From: Candidatus Cryptobacteroides sp.
GTDB lineage: Bacteria > Bacteroidota > Bacteroidia > Bacteroidales > UBA932
Direction of reading: 5' to 3'
Length of the DNA stretch: 64,000 nucleotides
NCBI GenBank assembly: GCA_045127685.1
Contig: JBGVQP010000043.1
Coordinates: 242 to 64,241, forward strand
Shown: in pieces, positions 17,353-26,542 of the stretch
Layout: each line of letters begins with the position of its first letter
Numbering within the stretch: position 1 is the first letter of the stretch
Notes under the pieces: model-generated
Database searches by the model: none
What the model was told of the DNA's origin: nothing
The model's input: the letters and a program-made list of their open reading frames with translations, nothing else
Position numbers and translations under genes: made by a program

Positions 17353-19497
17353 TCAGTCCGCTTCTGTTATGAATATCTGTCCGTCGCGGATGTCGATAAG
17401 AATATCGCTTTCTCGGCGGACTTTTCCATCCAGAATATTCTTGGCAAGAAGGTTTATCAGTTCCTTCTGCATCAGACGCCTGATCGGACGTGCACCATAA
17501 GCAGGCTCATAACCCTTGGAGCTCATATAGTCCTCAAAAGCATTGCTGAACGATACAGAAACCCCATTTTCCGAGAGTTTTTCCCGAAGATCGTTCATCT
17601 GCATTCGGAGAATATCCCTAATATCGGTCTGCGAAAGCGGCTCAAACATGATAACCTCATCTATTCGGTTGAGGAATTCCGGACGCACGGTGCGCTTAAG
17701 CACTTCCAGAACTTCATTTCTGCAGTCTCTCAGCATCTTCTGGCGATCATCACCTTCAAGCGGAAGATGTTCCATAAAGGTCTGGATAATATCCGCACCG
17801 ACATTTGAAGTCATGATCAGGATTGTATTCTTAAAGTCCACGGTGCGTCCTTTATTATCTGTCAGACGTCCGTCATCAAGTACCTGCAGAAGGATGTTGA
17901 ACACATCGGGATGCGCTTTTTCTATCTCATCCAGCAGCACGACAGAATACGGTTTGCGCCGCACGGCCTCTGTAAGCTGTCCGCCCTCATCATAACCCAC
18001 ATATCCCGGAGGCGCTCCCACAAGACGGCTCACAGAATGACGCTCCTGATATTCGCTCATATCTATACGCGTCATCATATTCTCGTCATTAAAGAGGAAT
18101 TCTGCCAGCGCTTTCGCAAGTTCCGTCTTACCCACACCCGTCGTTCCCATGAAAAGGAACGAGCCGATCGGCCTTTTTTCGTTCTGAAGGCCAGCACGTG
18201 AGCGACGTACCGCATCTGCAACTGCCTCAATGGCCGTATTCTGACCAACAACCCTCTTATGAAGAGCATCCTCCATCCTCAGAAGTTTTTCTCTTTCGCT
18301 CTCCAGCATCCTCTTCACAGGGATTCCGGTCCATTTGGCCACGACCTCGGCAATATCTTCCGGCGTCACAGCCTCTGTGATGATCGGGTCCTTTATCGCA
18401 GCCTGACGGGCTGTCAGTTCTTCTATCTTCTTCTGAGCCTCGGCCATTTTTCCGTAGCGTATTTCAGCCACCTTGCCGTAATCACCTGTTCTCTCCGCAT
18501 TGTGCGCCTCTATCTTATAATCCTCTATCTTCTGACGGGTGGCCTGAAGTTCTGAGAGAATTCCCTTTTCCTCATCCCAACGTTTTCTAAGGACATCTCT
18601 TTCTGCTGTAAGTTCCTTTAGTTCTGCCTTTATCCTGTCTGTTTTAAGCGAGGCCCCTTCCCGTCTGACAGCCTCCTTCTCGATTTCCAACTGACGGATG
18701 CGACTGTCCAGTTCCGCAATCGGCTCCGGAACGGAATTCATCTCGAGGCGGAGTTTCGATGCCGCTTCGTCCACAAGGTCAATCGCCTTGTCGGGAAGGA
18801 AACGGTTTGTTATGTATCTGTGGGACAGCTCCACTGCTGCAATGAGCGCATCGTCTTCAATGCGTACCTTATGATGATTCTCATAACGTTCCTTCAATCC
18901 TCGCATTATAGAAATGGACGCAGCCGGAGATGGCTCGTCCACCATCACCATCTGGAAACGCCTTTCAAGAGCCTTGTCCGCTTCAAAATACTTCTGATAT
19001 TCGTCCAAAGTCGTCGAGCCTATCGTACGGAGTTCACCGCGTGCAAGAGCGGGCTTGAGGATATTGGATGCGTCCATTGCACCGGACGAGCGTCCCGCCC
19101 CGACAAGGGTGTGGATTTCATCTATGAACAGTATCACCTCCCCGTCACTGTCTATCACTTCCTTGACCACTCCTTTCAGACGCTCTTCAAATTCTCCCTG
19201 ATACTTGGCTCCCGCAATCAGAGCACCCAGGTCAAGAGAATATATCTTGCGGCTCTTGAGGTTTTCAGGAACATCGCCATCAACTATCTTCTGTGCGATA
19301 CCTTCTGAAATGGCGGTCTTTCCCACACCGGGTTCTCCCACCAGAATAGGATTGTTCTTTGTCCTCCTGCTGAGGATCTGCAATACTCTTCTAATCTCTT
19401 CATCCCGACCGATAACCGGGTCGAGTTTGCCTTGTGATGCCCTCTCGTTTAAGTTAAGGGCAAACCTGCTTAAGTTTTCAAATCTGTTCTCTGCCAT
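17353..19497 (-). CDS. clpB: ClpB-like AAA+ disaggregase lacking the N-terminal domain
   Basis: 714 aa. Begins at the linker before NBD1 (LNERASQGKLDPVIGRDEEIRRVLQILSRRTKNNPILVGEPGVGKTAI). Contains the coiled-coil middle domain, NBD2 (FMGTTGVGKTELAKAL) and the C-terminal GARPIRR. An in-frame TAA lies 5 codons upstream of the ATG. Confidence 0.9.
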   Translation of the reverse strand: MAENRFENLSRFALNLNERASQGKLDPVIGRDEEIRRVLQILSRRTKNNPILVGEPGVGKTAISEGIAQKIVDGDVPENLKSRKIYSLDLGALIAGAKYQGEFEERLKGVVKEVIDSDGEVILFIDEIHTLVGAGRSSGAMDASNILKPALARGELRTIGSTTLDEYQKYFEADKALERRFQMVMVDEPSPAASISIMRGLKERYENHHKVRIEDDALIAAVELSHRYITNRFLPDKAIDLVDEAASKLRLEMNSVPEPIAELDSRIRQLEIEKEAVRREGASLKTDRIKAELKELTAERDVLRKRWDEEKGILSELQATRQKIEDYKIEAHNAERTGDYGKVAEIRYGKMAEAQKKIEELTARQAAIKDPIITEAVTPEDIAEVVAKWTGIPVKRMLESEREKLLRMEDALHKRVVGQNTAIEAVADAVRRSRAGLQNEKRPIGSFLFMGTTGVGKTELAKALAEFLFNDENMMTRIDMSEYQERHSVSRLVGAPPGYVGYDEGGQLTEAVRRKPYSVVLLDEIEKAHPDVFNILLQVLDDGRLTDNKGRTVDFKNTILIMTSNVGADIIQTFMEHLPLEGDDRQKMLRDCRNEVLEVLKRTVRPEFLNRIDEVIMFEPLSQTDIRDILRMQMNDLREKLSENGVSVSFSNAFEDYMSSKGYEPAYGARPIRRLMQKELINLLAKNILDGKVRRESDILIDIRDGQIFITEAD

Positions 19498-19533
19498 AAT
19501 CTTCTTGTTTTAGTGACGGCAGTATGCAATAAT

Positions 19534-19560
19534 AGCCGTCAGCTCATTGAACTGACGGCT
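19534..19560 (-). terminator. stem-loop downstream of secG
   Basis: Perfect 9-bp stem agccgtcag / ctgacggct with a 9-nt loop, between secG and the clpB-like gene. The U-tract is weak. Confidence 0.5.
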
Positions 19561-19624
19561 AAGAGTCAAATTGTATTCCAAACGCCTTATGCTGACAAAA
19601 TGTCAGTCGGCCTGTTTCTCACAA

Positions 19625-19960
19625 TTATTTAAGCGAGTCTACTGCTTCAACAGCAGGAGCATCGGCCTCTGTCATCTCGATAACAGCCTCTGTCTCAACT
19701 CCTTCTGCATAATCCTTGTCCTCTGCCTTGTTGCCTACTGCAAAAGTAGTGACTACTGAAACGGCAAAGATGAAAGCAACGAGTCCCCAAGTGATCTTCT
19801 CAAGGATGTCCGCTGTCTGACGTACGCCGAATGTCTGGTTACCTGCCACGAAATTGCTTGCAAGTCCGCCACCTTTGCCGTTCTGAAGGAGAACGATAAG
19901 AGTGATGAAAATGCTGGCAATCAGCACCAGGATTGTCAAAACTGTAAAAAGTGCGCTCAT
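19625..19960 (-). CDS. secG: preprotein translocase subunit SecG
   Basis: 111 aa. Two TM helices and the LLQNGKGGGL motif typical of SecG. Confidence 0.9.
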   Translation of the reverse strand: MSALFTVLTILVLIASIFITLIVLLQNGKGGGLASNFVAGNQTFGVRQTADILEKITWGLVAFIFAVSVVTTFAVGNKAEDKDYAEGVETEAVIEMTEADAPAVEAVDSLK

Positions 19961-19966
19961 ATTATT

Positions 19967-20557
19967 CTAATTTAATTCGTCCAATTTTTGAATAAGGGCT
20001 GCAAAGTAAGCATTTTTTTCTGGATATGCCAAAATTAGTTTGGAATATATGTCCTTCGCCTGCTCGTAATACCCTTGTTCCGCATATATCTGTGCCAATG
20101 TTTCGGTAAAAAGGTCGAAAACCGGCTCTTTCGGCTCACTGACAACCTCGGGCCGCGAATTCCGCGCCTTAGCCGCATATCGTGAAAATACATTATCTTC
20201 ATCATTGCGGACCTGATCGTACTCTTCCTGGGAGAAATAGTCGCCGACGCCTGCATATACCTTCCTCACCGCAACTTCCTGGCGTTTCTGCTGCTGATGG
20301 TAATCCCTTACGAGATCATCGACATCCGCATCCGCCCAGTCCTTATCCACAGCCAGCCTCACTATGTCCGCGAGGGCCCTTCTTGAAGGAATGTGCATTG
20401 CCGCATCCGCAAACTGACGGTCAGACGAAGCGTCCCTGTCCAGTTTGCTCATCCTGGCACACAACTCAAGCCTCGCCCCGCTGTACCATGGATACAGATT
20501 GACAACCCCCACCAGTTCTTCAAGAGTCAGTTTCCTTATATCTATATGTCCGTCCAT
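19967..20557 (-). CDS. hypothetical protein with C-terminal TPR-like motif
   Basis: 196 aa. C-terminal YAEQGYYEQAKDIYSKLILAYPEKNAYF is TPR-like. Tightly packed between the lptE-like gene and secG. Confidence 0.6.
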   Translation of the reverse strand: MDGHIDIRKLTLEELVGVVNLYPWYSGARLELCARMSKLDRDASSDRQFADAAMHIPSRRALADIVRLAVDKDWADADVDDLVRDYHQQQKRQEVAVRKVYAGVGDYFSQEEYDQVRNDEDNVFSRYAAKARNSRPEVVSEPKEPVFDLFTETLAQIYAEQGYYEQAKDIYSKLILAYPEKNAYFAALIQKLDELN

Positions 20558-20559
20558 AA

Positions 20560-21075
20560 TTACCAGTTAGCTACTGTTGCGTTGAATATGTCCTCGCAAA
20601 GTTTTTCTATGATCTCCTCGCAGAGGGTCGACTCCACAGCATCAAGCTGCTGCATTGCGTCGAAATCCGCGTATGCAGAAAACGACTTGTTCTCAAAACT
20701 GTTTTCAGGATATTTCCTGTCAATGAAAGCAATCTTCACATTGACCGTCAGGCGGTTCTGCGCCGCCTGCTCATTTGCCGTAATCGCTGTCGCCTTCACA
20801 TCATAACCGGTTACCTCTCCTATGATCTCCAGATCACCGTCCATATCCACCTGCTCGAGCTTGGTCATCTTGGTAAATTTATCCTTCAAAGCCTCTGTAA
20901 TCGAGTTGCTGAGATTCGGATTCACTTTCAGTGCCTTATACTCGAAGTAGTTGATTGTTATGGTCTTCACATCCGGCTGGATAGACGTTCCTGTGAAAGA
21001 ATAGATTCCACACGACTGCACGACAAATGCCGTTACAGCCAATAACAAAACCGTCAATATGCTGTTTGTCTTCAT
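20560..21075 (-). CDS. LptE-like outer-membrane lipoprotein
   Basis: Lipobox VVQSC. Size and position (sigma-54 activator, lipoprotein, secG) match the conserved Bacteroidetes LptE-family cluster. Confidence 0.6.
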   Translation of the reverse strand: MKTNSILTVLLLAVTAFVVQSCGIYSFTGTSIQPDVKTITINYFEYKALKVNPNLSNSITEALKDKFTKMTKLEQVDMDGDLEIIGEVTGYDVKATAITANEQAAQNRLTVNVKIAFIDRKYPENSFENKSFSAYADFDAMQQLDAVESTLCEEIIEKLCEDIFNATVANW

Positions 21076-21080
21076 TCGAA

Positions 21081-22265
21081 CTATTTCTTGAGTTTTCTAT
21101 ATAATGTCCTTTCGGAAATTCCAAGTTCCTTTGCCGCCCCCTTGCGATTTCCTCCGTGCTTTTTCAAAACCTTTTCTATCAGTTCGGCACTAAGCGACTT
21201 TAACGACAGCGGAGCAGACTGTTCCTCCGGTTCAAAATCAAGTTCCTGTTCTTCCGGAGCCTCCCTTTGTGCCTGAAATTCAGTATCATGGTTTCCGATC
21301 TGAGGCAGTTCCTGCGGAGCCATAGAGCCGATAATCTTCTTCAAGTAATCAACCTCCTGCCTCAACTGCAACAACATCCTGACAATGGTGGTCTTCTCCG
21401 ACTCATCCATCTTTTCCTGGACCTGAACTGTGGCCGGAAGAAGATCGGGTTCTTCTCGCGGTATGTACTTCAAAAGGGTTTCCACATTCACAAGACACTT
21501 GTCACCTCCGGCAGACAATGCCATGGATTCAAGCACGGAAACCTTCTCTGCCACATTCTTGAGTTGACGGATGTTACCCGGCCAGCGATATTTTCTGAGC
21601 ATTATGGATGCATCTTCCGACAGTGACACCTTTGCTGTTCCGTATCTGGCCGAAAAATCCGATGCGAACTTGCGGAAAAGGATGTTGATGTCACCAGGAC
21701 GCTCTCTCAATGCCGGCATCTTGATTGTCACCGTCTCAAGACGATAATATAGGTCCTCACGGAACTTACCTTTGGCCACGGCATGCAGCAGATTGACATT
21801 TGTCGCAGCAATCACACGCACGTCGGTCTTGAGCACCTTTGACGAACCTACCCTGATAAACTCACCGTCTTGCAATACCCTGAGCAGCTTTGCCTGCGAA
21901 GCAAGCGGAAGTTCAGCAATCTCATCAAGAAACAACGTTCCTCCATCAGCCTCCTCAAAATAACCCTTGCGCATCTCGGTAGCTCCGGTAAATGCCCCCT
22001 TCTCATGGCCGAAAAGTTCAGAATCCACAGTTCCCTCAGGAATCGCTCCGCAATTGATTGCAAAATACTTGGCCCGCTTTCTGGGACTGTTCTGATGTAT
22101 GATCTTAGGGATGTTCTCCTTTCCGACACCGCTTTCTCCGATTACGAGCACAGTCATGTCAGTAGGAGCAACCTTGACAGCATTCACCAGGGCCTCATTC
22201 AAGGCCGGATCATTGCCGATAATGTCGTACTTATTCTTTAAACTCTGTAATTCCTGATTCGTCAT
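21081..22265 (-). CDS. sigma-54-dependent transcriptional activator (AAA+ plus Fis-type HTH, no sensory domain)
   Basis: ORF trimmed to the ATG at 22265. Walker A GESGVGKE, the GAFTGA loop (HEKGAFTGA), an ESELFGHEKG-like region, and the C-terminal HTH AAKELGISERTLYRKLKK. Confidence 0.9.
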   Translation of the reverse strand: MTNQELQSLKNKYDIIGNDPALNEALVNAVKVAPTDMTVLVIGESGVGKENIPKIIHQNSPRKRAKYFAINCGAIPEGTVDSELFGHEKGAFTGATEMRKGYFEEADGGTLFLDEIAELPLASQAKLLRVLQDGEFIRVGSSKVLKTDVRVIAATNVNLLHAVAKGKFREDLYYRLETVTIKMPALRERPGDINILFRKFASDFSARYGTAKVSLSEDASIMLRKYRWPGNIRQLKNVAEKVSVLESMALSAGGDKCLVNVETLLKYIPREEPDLLPATVQVQEKMDESEKTTIVRMLLQLRQEVDYLKKIIGSMAPQELPQIGNHDTEFQAQREAPEEQELDFEPEEQSAPLSLKSLSAELIEKVLKKHGGNRKGAAKELGISERTLYRKLKK

Positions 22266-22334
22266 AACGGGTGCAAAGTTACTAAAAGGTAGCGAAATTC
22301 GCACTTGCTTATATAAAAAATATAAAATTTATGC

Positions 22335-22342
22335 TATCTTTG
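22335..22342 (+). promoter_or_regulatory. -7 box TATCTTTG for the 22417 lipoprotein gene
   Basis: tatctttg lies 74 nt upstream of the ATG at 22417. Confidence 0.45.
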
Positions 22343-22416
22343 CGCGGAATACGCATTTTTGTGAACTTGACCGAATTTCAGAATAGATATCATAAACCAA
22401 TTAACACACATTCACA

Positions 22417-24042
22417 ATGAAGAAATCAATCAAATTAATGGCTGCTGCTATCCTCGGTTTCGCTGCAATCGCTTGTAGCTCACCAGAGAAGATGGCTGAG
22501 CAGGCAGAAAACGTACTTGTAAAGTGCGAACCTGCTGTTCTTGAGGTAGTTGCTGGAGAGATCAACGCATCTGTTTCAGTAACATACCCTGCAGATTACT
22601 TCCATCCAAAGGCTATCCTCGAGGTTACTCCAGTAATCGTATTTGACGGTGGCGAGGTAAAGATGGAGCCTTTCATGTTCCAGGGCGAGAAGGTAGAGGA
22701 CAACTACCAGGTAGTTCCTGCTGCAGGTTCTACAGTTACAAAGGATGTAAAGTTCGCTTACGCTCCAGGTATGGAGAACTGCTATCTTGAGCTTCGCGGT
22801 GTTGTAAGCCACAAGAAGGACAAGATCGACCTCCCTACAAAGAAGGTTGCTGACGGAGCAAACACTACTTACATGCTTATCTGCAAGAAGGCTAACCTCC
22901 CTCTCAAGGCTGACAACTATCAGGAGATCATCAAGCAGACTGAAGAAGGTCAGGTTCTTTACCAGATCAACAGCTCTGTTGTAAGAAACAGTCAGACAAA
23001 GTCTCAGTCAATCAAGGATTTCCTTGCTGCCGTAGAGGCTGTAAAGGCTCACGAGCGCAAGACTCTCGTAAGCACTGACGTTGTAGCTTACGCTTCTCCA
23101 GACGGAAAGGAAGACCAGAACAACAAGCTCTCTGACAACCGTTCAAAGTCAGCTGAGAAGGCATTCAACAAGGTTACCAAGAAGAACCCATTCGGCGTTC
23201 CAGTTAATGTAACAAGTGTTGGTGAGGACTGGGAAGGATTCCAGGAACTCGTTGCTGCTTCTGACCTCGAGGACAAGGATCTCATCATCCGCGTTCTTTC
23301 TATGTACAGCGACCCTGCAGTTCGCGAGCAGGAGATCAAGAACATGTCTGCAGTCTACAAGACTCTCGCAAAGAACGTTCTTCCTGAACTCCGTCGCGCA
23401 CGCTTCATCGCTAACGTAGAGTTCACAAACTACTCTAACGACGAGCTCCTCAAGCTTATCGAGGAGAACATCGACGTTCTCGACGAGACAGCTCTTCTCC
23501 GTGCTGCTACACTCGTTAAGGACAACGCACAGAAGATTGCTCTCTACACCAAGGCTGTCGAGAAGTTTAACAGCGCTAACGGTCAGTACAACCTCGCTGT
23601 AACTTACATCAAGATGGACAAGCTTGCTGAGGCTAAGGCTGCTCTCGCTAAGTGCGCTGTTGATGCTGACGTTAACAACGCAAATGGCGTTATCGCTCTG
23701 CTCGAAGGCAAGACTGCAGAGGCTGAGAAGCTCTTCAAGGCTGCCGGTAACAACGCAAACCTTGCTATCGTTGACGTTCTTAACGGAAACTACAAGGCTG
23801 CTGCTCAGAAGGTTGCTGGTGCAACAGACTTCAACTCCGCACTCATCGCCCTGCTCAACGGCAACACTGCACCTGCTGCTGCCCTCAAGTGCGAGTGCCC
23901 ATGCGCTGCTTATCTCCGCGCAATCGCTGCTGCACGTAACGGCGACGCTGCTGGTGTGAAGAAGAACCTTGAGACAGCAAAGAAGTGCGAGAAGCTCGCT
24001 GCTCGCGCCGCTAAGGATATCGAGTTCGCTCAGTACAGATAA
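22417..24042 (+). CDS. lipoprotein with OmpA-like peptidoglycan-binding-type motif and Ala-rich TPR-like C-terminus
   Basis: Lipobox AAIAC. The segment AYASPDGKEDQNNKLSDNRSKSAEKAF resembles the OmpA-C motif. Codon usage is strongly biased like the ribosomal genes, which suggests high expression. Confidence 0.6.
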   Translation: MKKSIKLMAAAILGFAAIACSSPEKMAEQAENVLVKCEPAVLEVVAGEINASVSVTYPADYFHPKAILEVTPVIVFDGGEVKMEPFMFQGEKVEDNYQVVPAAGSTVTKDVKFAYAPGMENCYLELRGVVSHKKDKIDLPTKKVADGANTTYMLICKKANLPLKADNYQEIIKQTEEGQVLYQINSSVVRNSQTKSQSIKDFLAAVEAVKAHERKTLVSTDVVAYASPDGKEDQNNKLSDNRSKSAEKAFNKVTKKNPFGVPVNVTSVGEDWEGFQELVAASDLEDKDLIIRVLSMYSDPAVREQEIKNMSAVYKTLAKNVLPELRRARFIANVEFTNYSNDELLKLIEENIDVLDETALLRAATLVKDNAQKIALYTKAVEKFNSANGQYNLAVTYIKMDKLAEAKAALAKCAVDADVNNANGVIALLEGKTAEAEKLFKAAGNNANLAIVDVLNGNYKAAAQKVAGATDFNSALIALLNGNTAPAAALKCECPCAAYLRAIAAARNGDAAGVKKNLETAKKCEKLAARAAKDIEFAQYR

Positions 24043-24063
24043 TCAGAATTTATCAGATAACTG

Positions 24064-24095
24064 CAACGGCTGGCCTGAAAAGGTCAGCCGTTTTT
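24064..24095 (+). terminator. rho-independent terminator
   Basis: Stem caacggctggcc / ggtcagccgtt(t), loop tgaaaa, followed by TTTTT. Lies 21 nt after the stop at 24042. Confidence 0.75.
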
Positions 24096-24108
24096 CATGG
24101 GTTCTCAA

Positions 24109-24927
24109 CTACCGTCTTCGCCTTAATACCCCAGGCGTTATGCCCTTCACCTTCTTGAATGCTCTCGTGAAATACTGCACGGTCTTGAACCCGCATTGGG
24201 ACGCAATTGCCGGAATAGGCGTTTCAGTATGCGCCAGAAGCACAGAGGCCTTCTCTACCCTGATGCGCGTCAAATGGTCAGAAAAACCTTCACCATAATG
24301 CGTCTTGAAGAATACGCTGAAATAAGTCCTGCTCATTCCTGCATATCGGGATATTTCCTCAAGCGATACCTTATTATAATAATTACACTCCAAAAAGCGA
24401 TCTATTCTGGCCTTTCTTTCGGCAATATCCTGCTCGGCAAACTCCTGTATGCTTTTTATGAGCACGAAGTCGTCAGGGGTGGACATCTGCGCCAGAACCG
24501 CAAACATAATGACTGGCTGTTCCTGTCTTGGACAAGAAAGCATCTGATCAAGCAATCTGGAAAATCTGATCCATTTCGGCCCTTCCACCGCAAGAGGATT
24601 TCTGATTTCCTTTATCTTCAGCACCATCTCTCCTGACGCGGGAAATGTTGAGACAAGTGCATCCAACCAAGCATTATCAAAGCGCAAGACTGTCGCCTTT
24701 AAATTTATATTATATTCATCTCCAAGATGCTCCGCATCAAAGCTATAAGAGACCCTTGGAGGCAAGACTACGATATCTCCCTCGTTAAGACATCTGAGAG
24801 TTCCGTCGAGAAGATACATCCCGATTCCCTTCTTGATATAAACGATAGTCCAACTCCTGTTAGTCTTCTGATTGTCAGATAGTTTTATCAAACCATCTTC
24901 GTTAGATAATACGTAACCTGTTTCCAT
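24109..24927 (-). CDS. AraC-family transcriptional regulator
   Basis: ORF trimmed to the ATG at 24927. Cupin-like N-terminal half. C-terminal HTH_AraC (SLEEISRYAGMSRTYFSVFFKTHYG...IASQCGFKTVQYFTRAFKK). Confidence 0.85.
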   Translation of the reverse strand: METGYVLSNEDGLIKLSDNQKTNRSWTIVYIKKGIGMYLLDGTLRCLNEGDIVVLPPRVSYSFDAEHLGDEYNINLKATVLRFDNAWLDALVSTFPASGEMVLKIKEIRNPLAVEGPKWIRFSRLLDQMLSCPRQEQPVIMFAVLAQMSTPDDFVLIKSIQEFAEQDIAERKARIDRFLECNYYNKVSLEEISRYAGMSRTYFSVFFKTHYGEGFSDHLTRIRVEKASVLLAHTETPIPAIASQCGFKTVQYFTRAFKKVKGITPGVLRRRR

Positions 24928-24984
24928 ACAGCAGAATTTCAACAGGACAAATATAGTATAATTTTATAAAAATATAATATAATT

Positions 24985-25019
24985 TATGGGATTTCTGAAA
25001 CGGCTCCAGAAATCCCATA
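24985..25019 (-). terminator. stem-loop downstream of the antiporter operon
   Basis: Perfect 13-bp stem tatgggatttctg / cagaaatcccata with a 9-nt loop. The flanks are A/T-rich but there is no clean U-tract. Confidence 0.45.
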
Positions 25020-25047
25020 AAAAATCATGCATATTTATACTTTATTT

Positions 25048-25248
25048 CTATTGGTCCTTAAGAGATTTTATCGCGCCTGCAAGCTTCATAAGGGCCCATA
25101 CGATCATTAGAACATAAGCTCCAAGTATTAATTTCTCGTTTCCCCCGGCGAGACCTTTGCCTATGTGTATAATCATAAAGACTACAAGTGCGACAGTAAG
25201 CAAAGCGATGACTGCCGCATAGAAGATTTTAAAGATTCTGGTTTTCAT
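25048..25248 (-). CDS. small two-TM membrane protein (hypothetical)
   Basis: ORF trimmed to the ATG at 25248 (MKTRIFKIFYAAVIALL...). Starts 1 nt after the antiporter stop, so it is probably co-translated. Confidence 0.5.
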   Translation of the reverse strand: MKTRIFKIFYAAVIALLTVALVVFMIIHIGKGLAGGNEKLILGAYVLMIVWALMKLAGAIKSLKDQ

Positions 25249-25249
25249 A

Positions 25250-26209
25250 TCAGGCAATTTGATTGTTTATCAGATACCAGGTATAAGCGACAAAACCAAG
25301 AAACAGCAAAGCGCCTTCCCATCTTTGGATTTTGCAGTCCTTTCCAAAAAGATACAGAACAGTGACAGAGGCTATCATAACCAGAAAATCAACCATTGTG
25401 ATACCTGTAGAAGTAAGAGGCATAGCCTGGGAGCTGAGTCCTATGATCAGCGCAATGTTGAATATTGAAGAGCCCACGACATTTCCCAATGCCATGCTTG
25501 TATTCTTCTTCAAGGCAGCCGCAATTGATGCAGCAAGCTCAGGAAGTGATGTACCGCAGGCAATCAATGTCAAGGAAACAAAGGCATCGCTTACGCCAAA
25601 AGACTTTGCAATGGATACGGCACTATCGACAAAGAAGTCGCAGCTCACAATCAGCAGCGCAAGTCCGCCGACGACCTTGGTTACAGCGAGCCACATCGGT
25701 CCTAGCGGTGCAGATTCCTCAATCTGGGACTCCTGCACCTGAGTTCCGGATTTCTTGTCTCTGTAAAATGACAGCCACATGAATGCCGCAAAGGTCAACA
25801 GCAGAACAAGTCCGTCAACTCTTCCGACACAAAGGCTTGTTCCGTTGAAGAAATTGAATGCAAGCAGCATCAGCAACACAGAAATGCCAATGCAGAACGG
25901 TATCTCGAATTTGAGGTTCTGTCTGCCGAATGTAACTGGAAAGAACATCGCTGTGATGCCGAGAATACCCAATACATTGAATATATTTGAGCCGACTACA
26001 TTTCCGATGGCGACGTCTGCGTTCCCGTTAAGCGCGCCTATGAAACTTACGGTCAGTTCCGGCGTAGATGTGCCGACGCCGATTACCGCTGCTCCGATCA
26101 CAAAATCGGACACCTTGAATTTTCTTGCGATTGACACAGATCCGGCAACGAGAAAATCCGCACCGAACACTATGCCCACCAAGGAAATGATTAAAATCAC
26201 GTATTCCAT
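25250..26209 (-). CDS. calcium/sodium antiporter (CaCA family, YrbG-like)
   Basis: ORF trimmed to the ATG at 26209 because the upstream extension runs through the tRNA terminator hairpin. Two alpha-repeats, GNVVGSNIFNVLGILG and GNVVGSSIFNIALIIG. Confidence 0.85.
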   Translation of the reverse strand: MEYVILIISLVGIVFGADFLVAGSVSIARKFKVSDFVIGAAVIGVGTSTPELTVSFIGALNGNADVAIGNVVGSNIFNVLGILGITAMFFPVTFGRQNLKFEIPFCIGISVLLMLLAFNFFNGTSLCVGRVDGLVLLLTFAAFMWLSFYRDKKSGTQVQESQIEESAPLGPMWLAVTKVVGGLALLIVSCDFFVDSAVSIAKSFGVSDAFVSLTLIACGTSLPELAASIAAALKKNTSMALGNVVGSSIFNIALIIGLSSQAMPLTSTGITMVDFLVMIASVTVLYLFGKDCKIQRWEGALLFLGFVAYTWYLINNQIA

Positions 26210-26238
26210 ATGATAATTTGTAAGTTTAGCAACAACAG

Positions 26239-26267
26239 AAAAGGCACCCATATCGTGGGTGCCTTTT
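26239..26267 (-). terminator. terminator of tRNA-Ser
   Basis: Stem aaaaggcaccca / tgggtgcctttt with loop tatcg. T-tracts on both strands. Confidence 0.7.
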
Positions 26268-26281
26268 CTGCTTTTTTTCTG

Positions 26282-26368
26282 CGGTGAGAGCGGGATTCGA
26301 ACCCGCGGTACGGTTACCCGTACGTCAGTTTAGCAAACTGGTGGTTTCAGCCACTCACCCATCTCACC
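26282..26368 (-). tRNA. tRNA-Ser (anticodon GCT)
   Basis: The reverse strand reads GGTGAGATGGGTGAGTGGCTGAAACCACCAGTTTGCTAAACTG...GCGGGTTCGAATCCCGCTCTCACCG. It shows a 7-bp acceptor stem, an anticodon loop TTGCTAA, a long variable arm and a GGTTCGAATCC T-loop. No CCA is encoded. Confidence 0.9.
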
Positions 26369-26395
26369 AAACTACCCTGTTTTCTAACGGGATTG

Positions 26396-26403
26396 CAAAG
26401 ATA
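26396..26403 (-). promoter_or_regulatory. -7 box TATCTTTG for tRNA-Ser
   Basis: Reverse complement of caaagata, about 27 nt upstream of the mature tRNA 5' end. Confidence 0.5.
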
Positions 26404-26485
26404 TAAATTATTTTACGGAATCTCAAAATAAAACTGCAAAATGCTATCAAGAGTATGCAATCCGAAGACTAAACAGGTCAGAAAA

Positions 26486-26516
26486 AAGGAGATGTGCCAC
26501 TATCAGCCATCTCCTT
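26486..26516 (-). terminator. rho-independent terminator of the nfeD-floA operon
   Basis: Stem aaggagatg / catctcctt. On the minus strand it is followed by TTTTTT. Confidence 0.7.
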
Positions 26517-26542
26517 GCAACTTGAACCAGTTATTCTATAAT

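Noticed and set aside
26210-26251. Upstream ATG (26251) for the CaCA antiporter, giving MGAFSVVAKLTNYH...
   Set aside because: The extension overlaps the tRNA-Ser terminator hairpin (26239..26267) and adds a non-hydrophobic leader. The ATG at 26209 (MEYVILIISLVG) starts directly in TM1.
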